Assembly: GCA_900617105.1 (NCBI GenBank)
Contig: UYFQ01000704.1
Coordinates: 1-63,006, forward strand
Source of the DNA: Hydrurus foetidus
Lineage: Eukaryota
Direction: 5' to 3'
Length of the DNA stretch: 63,006 nt
The translations under genes were made by a program, and so were the position numbers. The notes under the pieces were generated by a model. It was not told the DNA's origin. It worked only from the letters and a program-made list of their open reading frames with translations, and did no database searches. Shown piece by piece: positions 11,101 to 41,458 of the stretch; the first letter of the stretch is position 1; each line of letters starts with the position of its first letter.

Positions 11101-11255
11101 TCCTTTAGCCGTTGAGGCAAGCGCACATGAACGCCATTTTGCAGCACACAGAAGACCACGGCTTCCTATCGCAAAGTGGGAGGAAATTCAATATTTGTAT
11201 CGGAGATGCTGGAACAGAAGCACTTACCTGCGTCACGCCTAGACGGACAAACTAG
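8134..11255 (+). CDS. Microbial (type-1) rhodopsin-like domain - histidine kinase - response regulator hybrid; exons 8134-10276, 10393-10547, 10734-10865, 11109-11255
   Basis: About 8 hydrophobic segments, including helix C-like QWAEWLVTVPLM, helix F-like VFPLFPLTHIL and helix G-like CSLIAKLLF. HisKA H-box FLRYVFHEVRVPLN; HATPase N/G1/F/G2 boxes (NAIKFS, DEGTGI, LFMPY, GTGLGL). GT-AG splicing rebuilds a full receiver domain (FLIVDD...DLIFMDHFMPVMSGIEA...GLTG...KP). Stop TAG at 11253-11255. Confidence 0.9.
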
Positions 11256-12564
11256 CGATCGAAATTAAGGGGTAAAAACACTACATATAAATTTGAGGAT
11301 GTCGGAACAAAGAGATTGTATGACGCTGGCGCATTGGCCTCATCTCCATACACCCCGCTTTCTCCCGCCCTCCTCATGAGTCATCTGGAAAAGTCCCAGT
11401 AGATTAGTGCGCTGTAGTCAGATCCTCCACGCGCATGTAGGTTTAATTTGAGAAACGAACTCTTTATCACACACACACACACACACACACACAGTCGTTA
11501 TGGTCAAGCGAGGGTGGAAGACCTGTCCTAAAATACCATCATCATCATCATCAATATCATCACATGTCTAATCGACATGGACAGGGATTTATCAGCGCGA
11601 GAAAGTGCCTGCCCATCACTGGACATACGTTGCTTTCTCGTCCACCAAGTGCCGTCATTGCGAGCATCATCATCAGGGCACAGGGGAGGGAATGGACACG
11701 CCTTAGAAACCTACCGGCTCATTTTGTTACTAAGGGAAGTGAAACTTGGCCTCACGAAGTTCACGAACGATTGAATCACGCCGTCCGATTAGAAATCGAG
11801 AAAGATTATGCGATGGTTTATTAGCGTACTGATGGAAAAGATTCGTCAGTACACTTATTTTGTCATTGGATTTTAATTCTAAAAAATAAGATTAACTGAC
11901 TTCGATAATTTGTAGATGCCACGCATTTTCGGCTTATGCTGCTTTCAGTCGTGGACTGCGGTGCTCATGTGTCAGCACGCCGATGGCAAGGTATACGAAC
12001 AAGCTGTTCTCCTCGATTGCCCCCGAGTAAGCAGCAATTCTCACCGCCCTTCTCCTCTCCTCCCCCCCTCCCTCCCCCATCTGTCGGTCCATGTGGGTCA
12101 TCACTGCCTCCGATCGCAACGGCTGTCGGCGAATTCTAGCGATCTACTGACTGAAGAGGAAGTGCAGACACCGAATCGAATCAATACGTTTGCGTCAGCA
12201 CCGTCTAGCTGTCACAAAGGAGACTTCTCGAAAAGAATGCAATAAAAACTAATCAAAATCAAGATCTCTTGATTCATTATTATAATATAAGCGGGATGTC
12301 ATTCAGATACACCACAGTGTATCTTAATCGGGCTACAGAATCTCGATCTGATGTTCTGTAGAAGACGTCTGTGGCCCGATGGGGTACAGAAACGTTGGAA
12401 AATATACACATTTACAGTATTGAAATACGGACACGGACACGTCTACGAATGATTTTAAAAACATAATACAAGTAAACGCGCAAGTTAAACGAATTAGAAT
12501 CGAGTTGACTCGGATCTCATCGCACAATCTGGACTGCCAGTATAGATCATATTATCTACACAAT

Positions 12565-30706
<18,142 letters not shown>

Positions 30707-31019
30707 AGCACCTCCCACAGAAGCACTAAACGTGTTCTTAATCAGAGTGCTATGTATGATTAGTGAGGCAATTTTAACTTGAAATTGTGTGTTGCTCCAT
30801 TAACTACAATGCTACGAGCCAGGAGAGGTGGGCAAATAGCCTATCGATGTTCAAATGGAGACATCTGTTGCTATTCAGATTACTTTCATTTCAATTACTG
30901 AACATGAAGGCTTTCCTCACGATCGATCATCGGAGATGAGATGTGAATCGACCAAGTTTTTTGAAACCGTCGATTTGAACGCACGCTTTTTCAAGTGTAC
31001 CGTATCGTACATACCCATA

Positions 31020-32334
31020 CCGTCGCCGACCTCTTTATTTATTTTTATGGGCGACATTGGCCTCAAACAGGTCCAGGGTTCTATACCTATCAGTGTTACC
31101 TCAATCTTGCCTTCTTCTAGCAAGACATCTCTCAATTGACCATACCTGCGGGAAGTTCATGGTTCAATCGAAGCAGGTTGATGTGTTCTCCATGCACGCA
31201 TGGCAATTTTTTGATTTATCGAAAATTCATGATAATCCTCTGACATAACGTCGGCCTCTCAAAATCGCGTTCTGCGACTGAATTCCACTAACCATTCTTC
31301 TGCAGATTTCAGGAGACCAAGCGCAACTGGTTTTTATATGTTGTTTGAAATAGATTCCAGCTAGAGCGACAACTTTCGTCTACCCAAGACATTTTTTTAG
31401 GTTTTCTCAAAACTGCTGCACATTGAAGTTGCAAATGACACCTTCGCGTAGCTAATTTAGCGCTTCTGATACGACCAATGATTCTTATTGACCTTTACTT
31501 ACCCCAATCAGCTTTCGTCTGCTCCAGCTAAAGATGATGTGGGCGTGAACCATTCCAACTTTGCAAATTTTCGCGCTAAATATGCGCTGCATGCTTATTT
31601 TAGTAATTTCTTAAGCAACATGTCTATCCACGAGCTATTCATTTTTGGCATACACTACAAAAGTCCACTCCAAGTCAAGGATTGAAGCGGGGAGTCGGCT
31701 GAAGTGGCGCCAACCATGAAATACCCAGAAATGTTGACTGTGCCCCGAAGTGGTACAGTCAACATAAAGGTTGTGGAATCCTGACAACCATAAAGGTTGT
31801 CAGGATTCCTCCTCAATCTGCAGACAGATCCTCTCCTGACTTTAATCCCTGCACCCAATGCAAAGAGCCCAGTAGCTTCGCAACTGAAACGGTATACCTG
31901 CATCATTCCTGGATGTAATGAGATTCAGCAAAAAGTTAATTTGAATTCGACAACTGCTGAACTTCTGTCGCTCTCGGCATATTCATAAAGTTCCACCAAA
32001 TATCTCGAAGAAAATAAATCGATGAGGATCATCGCTGTTGAGGACGTTATGAAATTGGTAATCTCACCTATCACTCTCTCAAATGAAGCCGTTCTTTGCA
32101 GCAACAATTTGAAGATTAAATGGACGTTTTCGTCCACGGGACGGCGGCAGATGGTAGTCACGAACAAATCTCAAAATCTCTGCTACTCAGAATTTGCAGC
32201 GAAGCAGAATTGATATTGTTGTTGTAATTTGAATAATGTTGGGATGTAAACGAGTATATACTCACCAGCGGCGAATAAATCGGCTATGTCGGGAGTCTAC
32301 ACTCAAACGGTAAAAATAAAGAGGTCGGCGACGG
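31020..32334. mobile_element. Non-autonomous Tc1/mariner-like DNA transposon (1315 bp)
   Basis: Perfect 21-bp TIRs CCGTCGCCGACCTCTTTATTT (31020-31040 / 32314-32334) flanked by TA on both sides; no intact transposase ORF. Confidence 0.8.
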
Positions 32335-32665
32335 TACATCATACATCGATGAAGGATGAAGCACCTTCATCCTTTATCAGAATAACGAGTAACCGTGAGT
32401 CATACCGCGTTTATATGCAAACCCTCCAAGCGTGAGTAATATGCGCGTACTTGCAGAACAAGTTTCTACTTGCGCACACGCGAGAGCATTGTAAAATTTC
32501 CAGTGTAACTCTTTTTGACAGCGAAAACGTCGTGATAAAGAAAGAAGATCATGAACGTAAAAATATCGATTGTGCACTGTAGTGGAACTTATTGTTTCAA
32601 TTTGAAGAGATGCTCTAGTGAAATTGAAATGCTGCAACCGAGTAGAATGAATAATCTTCTCATAA

Positions 32666-32794
32666 AATAGAATAGAATAGAATAGAATAGAATAGAATAG
32701 AATAGAATAGAATAGAATAGAATAGAATAGAATAGAATAGAATAGAATAGAATAGAATAGAATAGAATAGAATAGAATAGAATAGAATAGAATA
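32666..32794. repeat. (AATAG)n microsatellite
   Basis: Directly visible. Confidence 0.97.
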
Positions 32795-33541
32795 CAACAG
32801 CAGATTCAATACTCATACTTGAATTTTTTTCCGCTCTCCAATTTCTGGACAGCAGGGAAATAACTACTGCACCCTCACGTACCTGGCACTTCTGCTCGTA
32901 GTTAGACGCAGTAAACGCACGAGACGGAAAAGAGTGCGTATTGCGTATAATCTAATATTGAATTTACTGTCTGCATATATAATCTTATGTCTTCGCATGA
33001 ACACCTCACAATTTAGGTAATGCAATAGAGCAAAGAAGACTTTTTAACAGGAAAATTCATGTAAGACTCGAGTGACGGAGCTGGATTTTATCGCGATTTG
33101 TTTCCGGTATATACTGTGGTATATACTGTATATTGTATATTCCATATGGTGTATTTTATTGTACTCCAGTGCCGGTAATAACGCGGTTTCGGTAAAAACG
33201 CGGTTATTCGACCCAGCAGGTCCGGTATCTCTCCAAATTCTTCATGAAAAAGTTTTTGTGAAATATTCTCACAGGTAATTCGATAGTTTTACATCCTTTT
33301 CGATCATTAAAATTTTCTGAAATTGATGATTTCATCACGAGATCGACATTAGTCACTTTTGGCGATTCACCAATGTCGGATATAGATGAAGCAAGAGTAT
33401 GAGTTAGATATTCTATCTTGTAGGCAGCAGTCAGATTAGTATGGATCCGCGAGGGTTTCGTACAAATCGCGATAGTCACTGAGATGCATCAGTTTCAGAG
33501 ACCAAAAATGTGCCTTTTTAACGCATTCGGGATGCGATTTC

Positions 33542-36500
33542 TGTAGCCGTCTGGGGCCCTCGGGACCTTGGACCCCATTCCGTCTGTTTGGGTTCATACC
33601 CAAACACACTGTAGACTTCTAGGTAGACTCCTAGCACCCTAGTAGGATGTTTCCCTGCTCATATATAGTTCAACAACCCCTTTGTAAGCCTAACCCAACA
33701 CCTCCTAGCCCTCTAGCCTAGTTCCTTCAGGGCCACAGTGACGTCACTTCACTTCCCACCAGCTTCTATAGTTTCCTAGTGTTCATTCGTGTTTTTCGCC
33801 GTCTTCCAGTGCTTCGCTGGAAAGTTTAAGAAATCCCTCGTGAAGAGGACTTTCCAGAGTTCCCTCTACTCAGAGATCGATTGTTTTTGGCGGAGCAACG
33901 TGCTATTCGAGAGGAACTCGAAAACCGCTGCCCAACTCCGGAGATTACCTACGCCGACGACGATCCAGATCGTCCGCCTGACAATCCTCCGTCTAATCCA
34001 TCAACTTTCACCGACCCACGTCCGTGGACAGTAGCTCCTACAGTCCTACGTCATTCTCTTGATAGAGAAACCGCGAGTTCATCGCTTTATAACGCCTCTA
34101 ATTACTACTCTACTCCTTCCACACACCCAGCACTCTCTTGCGTAACCCCTGCACCTTCAGCTTTTAAGCGAAGTCGACCGGTTTTCAAACCGAGAACAGT
34201 TGAGAAGCGACTTCCAGCAAGTTCGCTCCGCTGTATACCGAGGTTTCAACACGAAACCTTGTCGAATTTGTTGGAAACCAACGAATTTCTGAGTGTTACG
34301 CCTGTTTCTGTTTTGCAAACTCGACCAACTTATAAGTCGACATTCACACCGGTTCAACAAACCGAGTCAAACCTAAGCAATCCACTTAGAGAGAAAAACG
34401 TTCCGGGGTTATATCCCGTTGAGCGTGGAAACGCTTCTTACGAGGCGTCGGGAGATAGTTTTCTATACGAAAATCTCCAGAATATAATTCCAACACTTCG
34501 TGTGGAATTATTGACTGAAAACACTCACCCTATGGTGAAGAAGAACCCTGTTCAGCCTTTACGGCGTGGATCTAACCCGCAAACAAGGCGGAGAAACCCC
34601 TTGATGGAGTCGGAGTATGAGAATTCAACTTTGGAAGAAAATTCTGATTTACCCGCTTCATATGCGGATGATAACCCTGATGAGGGAGATATGGACATGG
34701 AATCCTTTCCTTCTGATCAACATCTGACTGATCTAGAAGAGTGTGGAGAGATTCCATACGACGCCCAAAGTCCTTTTCAGGAACTTGTTGAAACCGAACC
34801 GTCGATTTCGAGTAGCTCGTCGAGCTCATCCAGCGTCATTGCTGTACCGCGGACTCCTGAACCTCGCGTTCCCGATCCTACCCTGCTTAACGCAGCAGTC
34901 GCACCCATCGTTAGCGATGGAGTACCACGTGAGAAACCACGTGAGCAACAGAGACAGATACCTCTCTCGCCCGTCGTCATCGACGTAGTACCCAACCCAC
35001 AACCGAACCCTCAGTACAATATGGAACAGGTTACGACGGCGTTGAAGCAGACAATGACTGGCGGTTTGAACCTACAGAAACCGTTATTCATCATTGATAC
35101 CCCAGAGATAACTGGAGAACAAGCTGCCCAGTTTCAGAACCAAGCCAATCAATGGCATGAGAACTTCCTGGTACACCAGGTGGTGGTTAACCCTGCCACC
35201 TATGTGGTACAGTATGCGTTCGCGAGCGATCCAGAGTTCACTCTCATCTCTCCAAGCAAATACTCAACATGGTACAATCATGTTACAGTCAAACAGGCTG
35301 CCCAAATCATAACCAAATACTTTGGCGACAGAAATGATATTGGTAGAACACTCGTTGAGAACTTCTCACGACTTGAAATCTCTTTCTGTTACACCAACGC
35401 AGACATTGAGAGAAAATCCTTCATGGCTCTCAAGGCGTTAACAACGGTCTATGAGAATACCCAACCGATCACTCCGGCGCAGCATGCTGCACTGATAGTT
35501 ACGATCGAGAAAAACTGAAACCGGATAGTCAGCTTAAAAGCGACTATTTCGCGGCTCGTGGCAACGAGGGTAAACCTATACCGAACGAAACGTGGGAACA
35601 AGCGTTCACTCGTCTTGGTAAATGCATCTTCAATGTTAGGAAGCTCGTTGAACGAGTTGCTAATTATGGCGATACCTCCGCTATTCATACTCTGTTTAGC
35701 AAATACCAGGAGCAGGAGACTCGGCAGGCCAGAACACCGATAATCCCTGAACAGCGTTCTTACGCTGCCGCTGTCTACCTCAAGTCAGCGCTGGCGAACT
35801 CACCAGCTAACCCTCAACCTTCTGCTGCACCTGCACATGCTCATGCACATGCATCCTCACCCAGTGCAGCAGTGCTGAGGAGACCAACAACTGAATCAAT
35901 AATTCAGTTGTTGCCGCAACCAGCGCCAATCCCATGTCGCTCATGCGGTCACACTGGACATGAAGTCAGACTCTGTCCAGTTCTGTTTCGCACAGACGCC
36001 AACCATAGTGAACTCCACCTTCAATGGAAAGATTCAACAGCGGGTAAGATGTGGCATTCATATGGCTTCGAAGCTTATGATGATGGAGCCCAACTACCAA
36101 ACCATGCTGTCCGCTACCTGGTCAAACCAGTGTCCGAGTTTAGATACTCGATGCTCCAACTACCCAACAAGCGTGCTCGTTTTGACAATGGAGGAGCTAC
36201 CGTACCTACGTTACCCGGTCAACACGACCCCGCTAACAATGCACAGTACGCAGAAACACGCAGAAACAGAAAACAAGGTAAATCTGTTTCCTTAAACGCT
36301 ATTGTTGCAGCCTCTATAACCAGAATAGAGATTGATTCTAACTTCTTATCTTCCTGGATTTTTATTAATCAGCGAAGTATAGTCAAGGACGGGGTGCGGG
36401 TCCAAGTGCATACCAGCCCCAACAACCACCACCATCCCACCCTTAGGGCTGAACGAGTTCTGGCAAAGGTCCTACTCGACACCGGGAGTCTCCCTGGCGA

Positions 36501-39500
36501 CTTTATTAGTCAAGATTTTGTAATTAGTTTAAATGCTCAAGATTTTGTTTATACTTCTTCTAAAGCTTTAACTATATGTTCGGGTCTAGATAACACATGT
36601 TATGTTAGGGACCAAGTAATTGATATTGGAATGACTTTTGTCACCCATAATTTATTAATTAATACCATTTTCTTAACGGTGCGGATTATTCCAAACACCA
36701 TCGACTTAATTTTGGGTCGAAAAACTCTTAAGAAATATGACTTCTTCGAGAAGACTCCCTACGAAATAGGGAGGCCTAATATGGAGAACTCCTTCGAAAG
36801 AATGAAAGTTTTCTTATCTGCTGAGTGCATTCCGTCGGAATGTGTGGGCAAGAAGGATGATTTGGTATGTCCTCATTCTGGTAACAGTACCATGACATAT
36901 CACAAAATAGACTCAAACAGAGTCGCTAACTGTTCTGATGTCGGATGCTCTAGTCAACCAAACGCCGCTGGGGTCGAACCTACGCGTAACAGTTGTAACT
37001 ATGTATCAAACCATAGTGGTGTCATACGTACTCGTACGTACACCCTAGCACATTTATGTGAAATGCCAGAAGGTACTCCAACAGCTACTACAGTGGAAAC
37101 ACCTAGTGGTATCATAATCTCTTCTGACGAGATAGATAATGATAAGACGGATACATTTCGCCCATTCTTACCTGAACGCGTTCAGCAGACTGCTCCGCCT
37201 CCAGGGCCAGAGGACTTTTGTCACAGATAAAAATTGATGGAACGGAACACCAACAATTTCTTATTAGACAACTCTGTCTTAAATATGCAGACATATTTAG
37301 TGATAAGCTAGCAGTTAAACCGGCTAGACTTCCCCCTTTGTTATAAAGGTCAATAAAAGGGATTGGGAATGTTCTAAAAATAGAACAGCCGTTCGTCTCC
37401 AATCAGTTCGAAAAGAACGAGAGATCAAACGTGCCATCGATGAGATGTTGAACTCGGGAGTCATCGAGGAATCGAATGCGGTTTATTATAGCCATCCTGT
37501 CATAGTACAGAGAACAGCTGACTTGTTCAGATTTTGCATTGACTACCGAAATCTGAACAAATGCACACAGGCTTCCAGCTGGCCGCTTCCGAACATTCGA
37601 GCTCTTTTTGAGAGAATCGGCCATCAACAGCCAGTCATATTCGGAGTTATGGATTTAACTTCTGGTTACCATCAGGCACCTATGGATCAAGGATCCAAGG
37701 TCCTGACTGCGTTCATTTGTTATTGCGGTGTATACCAATTCACCAGACTCCCCTTCGGTCCTCGGAGAGCCCCTCTTACTTCCAAGAGATGATGGCGACT
37801 ATTGTCCTTAATGGACTCATCTACATTTCTTGTGAGATGTACTTAGACGATTGTATCGTTTTTGCACGAGGCCAGGACGAGTTCCTGGAGAGACTAGAAC
37901 GAGTCTTTCGACGTTTTCGCTGTTTTGGTTTACTGCTTAAAGCAAAGAAATGTAGATTTGGGATGTCTCAGATCGATTATGTTGGCAGACAGATCTCTTC
38001 TCAGGGCATATCAATGTCAAAAGAGAAGATTGAATCTGTCCTAAATTTCCCAAAACCCATGACACTTACTTCTTTACGAAGTCTGTTGGGCTTGGCGAAT
38101 TACTTCAGGAATTTTGTTCCTTTTCATTCCGACATCGTTGCACCCCTTCAGAGGATGATTGACCCTAAAGGGAGGAAAAAGTCAGCCCTTCAGTGGACTA
38201 CGGAAGCAGATAAGGCTTTTGTTCTCATAAGACAAGCCATATCCCGCTGTCCGCTGCTACACTTCTTAGACGAAGTGTCACCCATCGAGTTATACACCGA
38301 TGCCTCTGACTACGGAGTAGGTGGAGTATTATTCCAAGTAACTAATTCTGTAAAGAATCCAATCTCATTTGTGAGTAAGTCGCTTAGCGCAACACAAGTT
38401 AAATGGTCTACCATTCAAAAGGAGGCCTATGCAATATATTTTTGCTGTAAACAACTTGACTCTCTGATAAGAGATAGAAAATTTATCATCCATACTGATC
38501 ATAAGAACTTAACCTTCTTAGGTCAAGATCCATCAGCAATGGTAAATAGATGGTCGATGGCTCTCCAAGAGCTAGACTACACTGTGTCCTATATAAGTGG
38601 ACCCAAGAACTTCATTGCCGATGCACTGTCTCGGTTATGTCCTAACTTAACACAGTTGGTGATTCTTGACCCACCTACTAGAGTGGAGGAAATTGATGTT
38701 CATATATCAGCTCTACATGAAGTTGCACCTGTTACCGAGTTACAACTCGAAGCTATAGAGATGTGCCATAATGCCATGGTGGGACATGGAGGCATTGCTC
38801 GTACCCTCGATAAACTGTCAAGTATAGATGAGGAATGGCTCGACATGACATCCCATGTTAGAGACTTCATCCGCAATTGCGCATGTTGCCAAAAAATGAG
38901 TGTGATCAAAATCCCTGTTCACATTCATAAATACACAACGTCTACTTATAGACCGTTTGACACAGTCAACATCGACTATATTGGTCCGTATCCGGATAAT
39001 GGATATGTTTTGGTAATGATTTGTTCATTCACAAGATGGACTGAGCTTTACTGGTGTGTTAACAACACTGCACAATGTGCATGTGAATGCCTTCTACAAT
39101 TCTTCGGTAGATTTGGTGCACCAAGCATGATCCGATCGGATCGTGGATCTCATTTCATGAATGAAATCATACGTGAGTTCTTACTCCGTACAGGGACCCC
39201 CACAACTTAACCTTGGCATACTCAAAGCAGGAGAATGCTATAGTGGAAAGAGTTAATAAGGAAGTTAATCGACACTTACGTGCTTTTACATTCCACTCTA
39301 CAAATCTCGAAGCCTACAGGCTTTGCCTGCCTTTCGTGCAGAGAATTATCAACAGTTCCGTACATTCAAGTACGGGAGCTTCACCAGCTAGCTTGCTGTT
39401 TGGAAACCAACTAAACCTTGATAGAGGTATTCTTGTTAGGTTTCCAGATCAAACACAAGTTCCGACTCGTTCGTCGAAGGTGATTGCAGACATGCTGCTC

Positions 39501-40659
39501 ATCCAAACGCAACTCAACGATTTAGCGATAAATAAGTTGAAGACAACAGATATTAACCGTGTAGCCGTTAATACAGAACCTAGAACTATTTTTCCAATAG
39601 GTTCGTACGTTCTCACTCTCAACCCTAGAGGTGCTGAGACTAGATTGCACAGTATGTGGCTGGGCCCATTTCTTGTTGTAAGCTATGATAAAAGTGAATA
39701 CACTATTAAAAATCTTATCACGAAGAAAAATCGTGATGTTCATGCAAGTCAGTTGAAACCGTTTAGGTTCAACCCAACTTCCCAATCACCGACTGACACA
39801 GCTCGTCGCGACTACATGGAATTTTTATTGAAGAGATCGTTTCCCACGTTGGAAATAAAAAGAAACCTTCTACAATGAAATTTTATGTTAAATGGTTGAA
39901 CTACGATTCAAACCATAATTCATGGGAACCATGGAAGTCCATGCGCGCCACAGATCAACTTCATACGTATCTGCGCAATAACAACATGTTGCACGTTATT
40001 CCAAAAGAATTTCGAAATATGACTCCCAATACAAGGGAAGAACCGTGAATGATATCTTTTGAAGATTACTCCTAAATATTTTTTTACCTCAATTACTTGA
40101 GTTTTTTTTTACGGAGGTTAGTCAGTACAAATCTGACATAATCATTCACGAGTACACACACTCTACACACAACCCCCCCTTTTTTTTTCTTTCTTTTCAC
40201 ACATTGTATGGTGTTTTATACATATTTCTGAAAGGAAATAAAAAATGTCATCTAATTTTTGAAAATGTTGCCCTTCATTATGAAGCGCTAGTTTAGTTAC
40301 TCTTCCTTCTGAAGCGTTAGTTTAGATCATAAAAATCATTTCTAAAAAATCATTTTCACTCTTCCTTAAGAAGCGTTAGTTTACTTGCCCTTCCTAAAAG
40401 CGCTAGCCTAGTTTATTCATTCTCAAAATTGATTTCAATTTTAGTTAAAATAAGTGGGGGTAGTGTAGCCGTCTGGGGCCCTCGGGACCTTGGACCCCAT
40501 TCCGTCTGTTTGGGTTCATACCCAAACACACTGTAGACTTCTAGGTAGACTCCTAGCACCCTAGTAGGATGTTTCCCTGCTCATATATAGTTCAACAACC
40601 CCTTTGTAAGCCTAACCCAACACCTCCTAGCCCTCTAGCCTAGTTCCTTCAGGGCCACA
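33542..40659 (+). mobile_element. Full-length Ty3/Gypsy chromodomain LTR retrotransposon (element 3)
   Basis: 196-bp TG..CA LTRs at 33542-33737 and 40464-40659 (identical by eye); TSD TTTC; PPT AAGTGGGGG before the 3' LTR; domain order gag-PR-RT-RH-IN-chromo. Confidence 0.97.
33881..40048 (+). CDS. pol: gag-pol polyprotein of element 3 (broken by several single-base frameshifts, mostly at homopolymers)
   Basis: CCHC knuckle CRSCGHTGHEVRLC; protease LLDTGS; RT CIDYRNLN/DLTSGYHQ/YLDD; RNase H TDASDYG; integrase HHCC + DYIGP/SDRG/ERVN; WLGPF; chromodomain FYVKWLNY..NSWEPW (~39880-39935). Confidence 0.93.
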
Positions 40660-40921
40660 TTTCCCAATATTTCGACGAAAAAAGCACATTTTTGGTCTCT
40701 GAAACTGATGCATCTCAGTGACTATCGCGATTTGTACGAAACCCTCGCGGATCCATACTAATCTGACTGCTGCCTACAAGATAGAATATCTAACTCATAC
40801 TCTTGCTTCATCTATATCCGACATTGGTGAATCGCCAAAAGTGACTAATGTCAATCTCGTGATGAAATCATCAATTTCAGAAAATTTTAATGATCGAAAA
40901 GGATGTAAAACTATCGAATTA

Positions 40922-41130
40922 GGCCACTCCTTATGGTGTCGGATTTCTGGGAAAGTTGGAATCGGATTTCGGTTTTTGAAATCCAATTCTGACTTTTTCG
41001 ATTTCAAACGCCGACCTGTAAGAAATACGCTAATCCGACAAGACCGTGGAAATCGAAAAGTCAGAATTGGATTTCAAAACCGAAATCCGATTCCAACTTT
41101 CCCAGAAATCCGACACCATAAGGAGTGGCC
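40922..41130. mobile_element. Tourist-like (PIF/Harbinger) MITE, 209 bp
   Basis: ~80-bp TIRs beginning GGCCACTCC; TTA TSD (40919-40921/41131-41133); absent from the equivalent position of the left fold-back arm. Confidence 0.9.
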
Positions 41131-41458
41131 TTACCTGTGAGAATATTTCACAAAAACTTTTTCATGAAGAATTTGGAGAGATATCGGACCTGCCGGGTCG
41201 AATAACCGCGTTTTTACCGAAACCGCGTTATTACCGGCACTGGTACTGTGTACTGTCGTCTCGAACAATTAAAATCAGGCGATTTCCTGTGTTTTTTTCG
41301 AAAATGGGTCTTCTGTACACGCGCGTACAAATCTGTAGACATGTGACATGTGATCATTGGTCATCATCAGTTTACATTGCAAATAGTAGCTCTCAGACAG
41401 TCTCTGCCGCATTACCAGCGCAATTGGAGATTTGTCAGGCATAGGCGTGTAGCCAGCC

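Larger units (their letters stand above)
33166..41243. mobile_element. Fold-back MITE with ~350-bp inverted arms (33166-~33520 and ~40679-41243), split by a Gypsy insertion
   Basis: Arms are near-perfect reverse complements starting CCAGTGCCGGTAATAACGCGG; 4-bp TSD TACT (33162-33165/41244-41247). Confidence 0.88.

Noticed and set aside
33204..33479. Duplicated ORF MTIAICTKPSRIH... (also 40718-41140)
   Set aside because: Arises from the two arms of the fold-back MITE; no protein motif.
35500..39850. Programmed frameshifts in element 3 pol
   Set aside because: Several breaks, mostly single missing bases in homopolymers and several inside conserved domains, despite identical LTRs. This is typical of long-read consensus errors.
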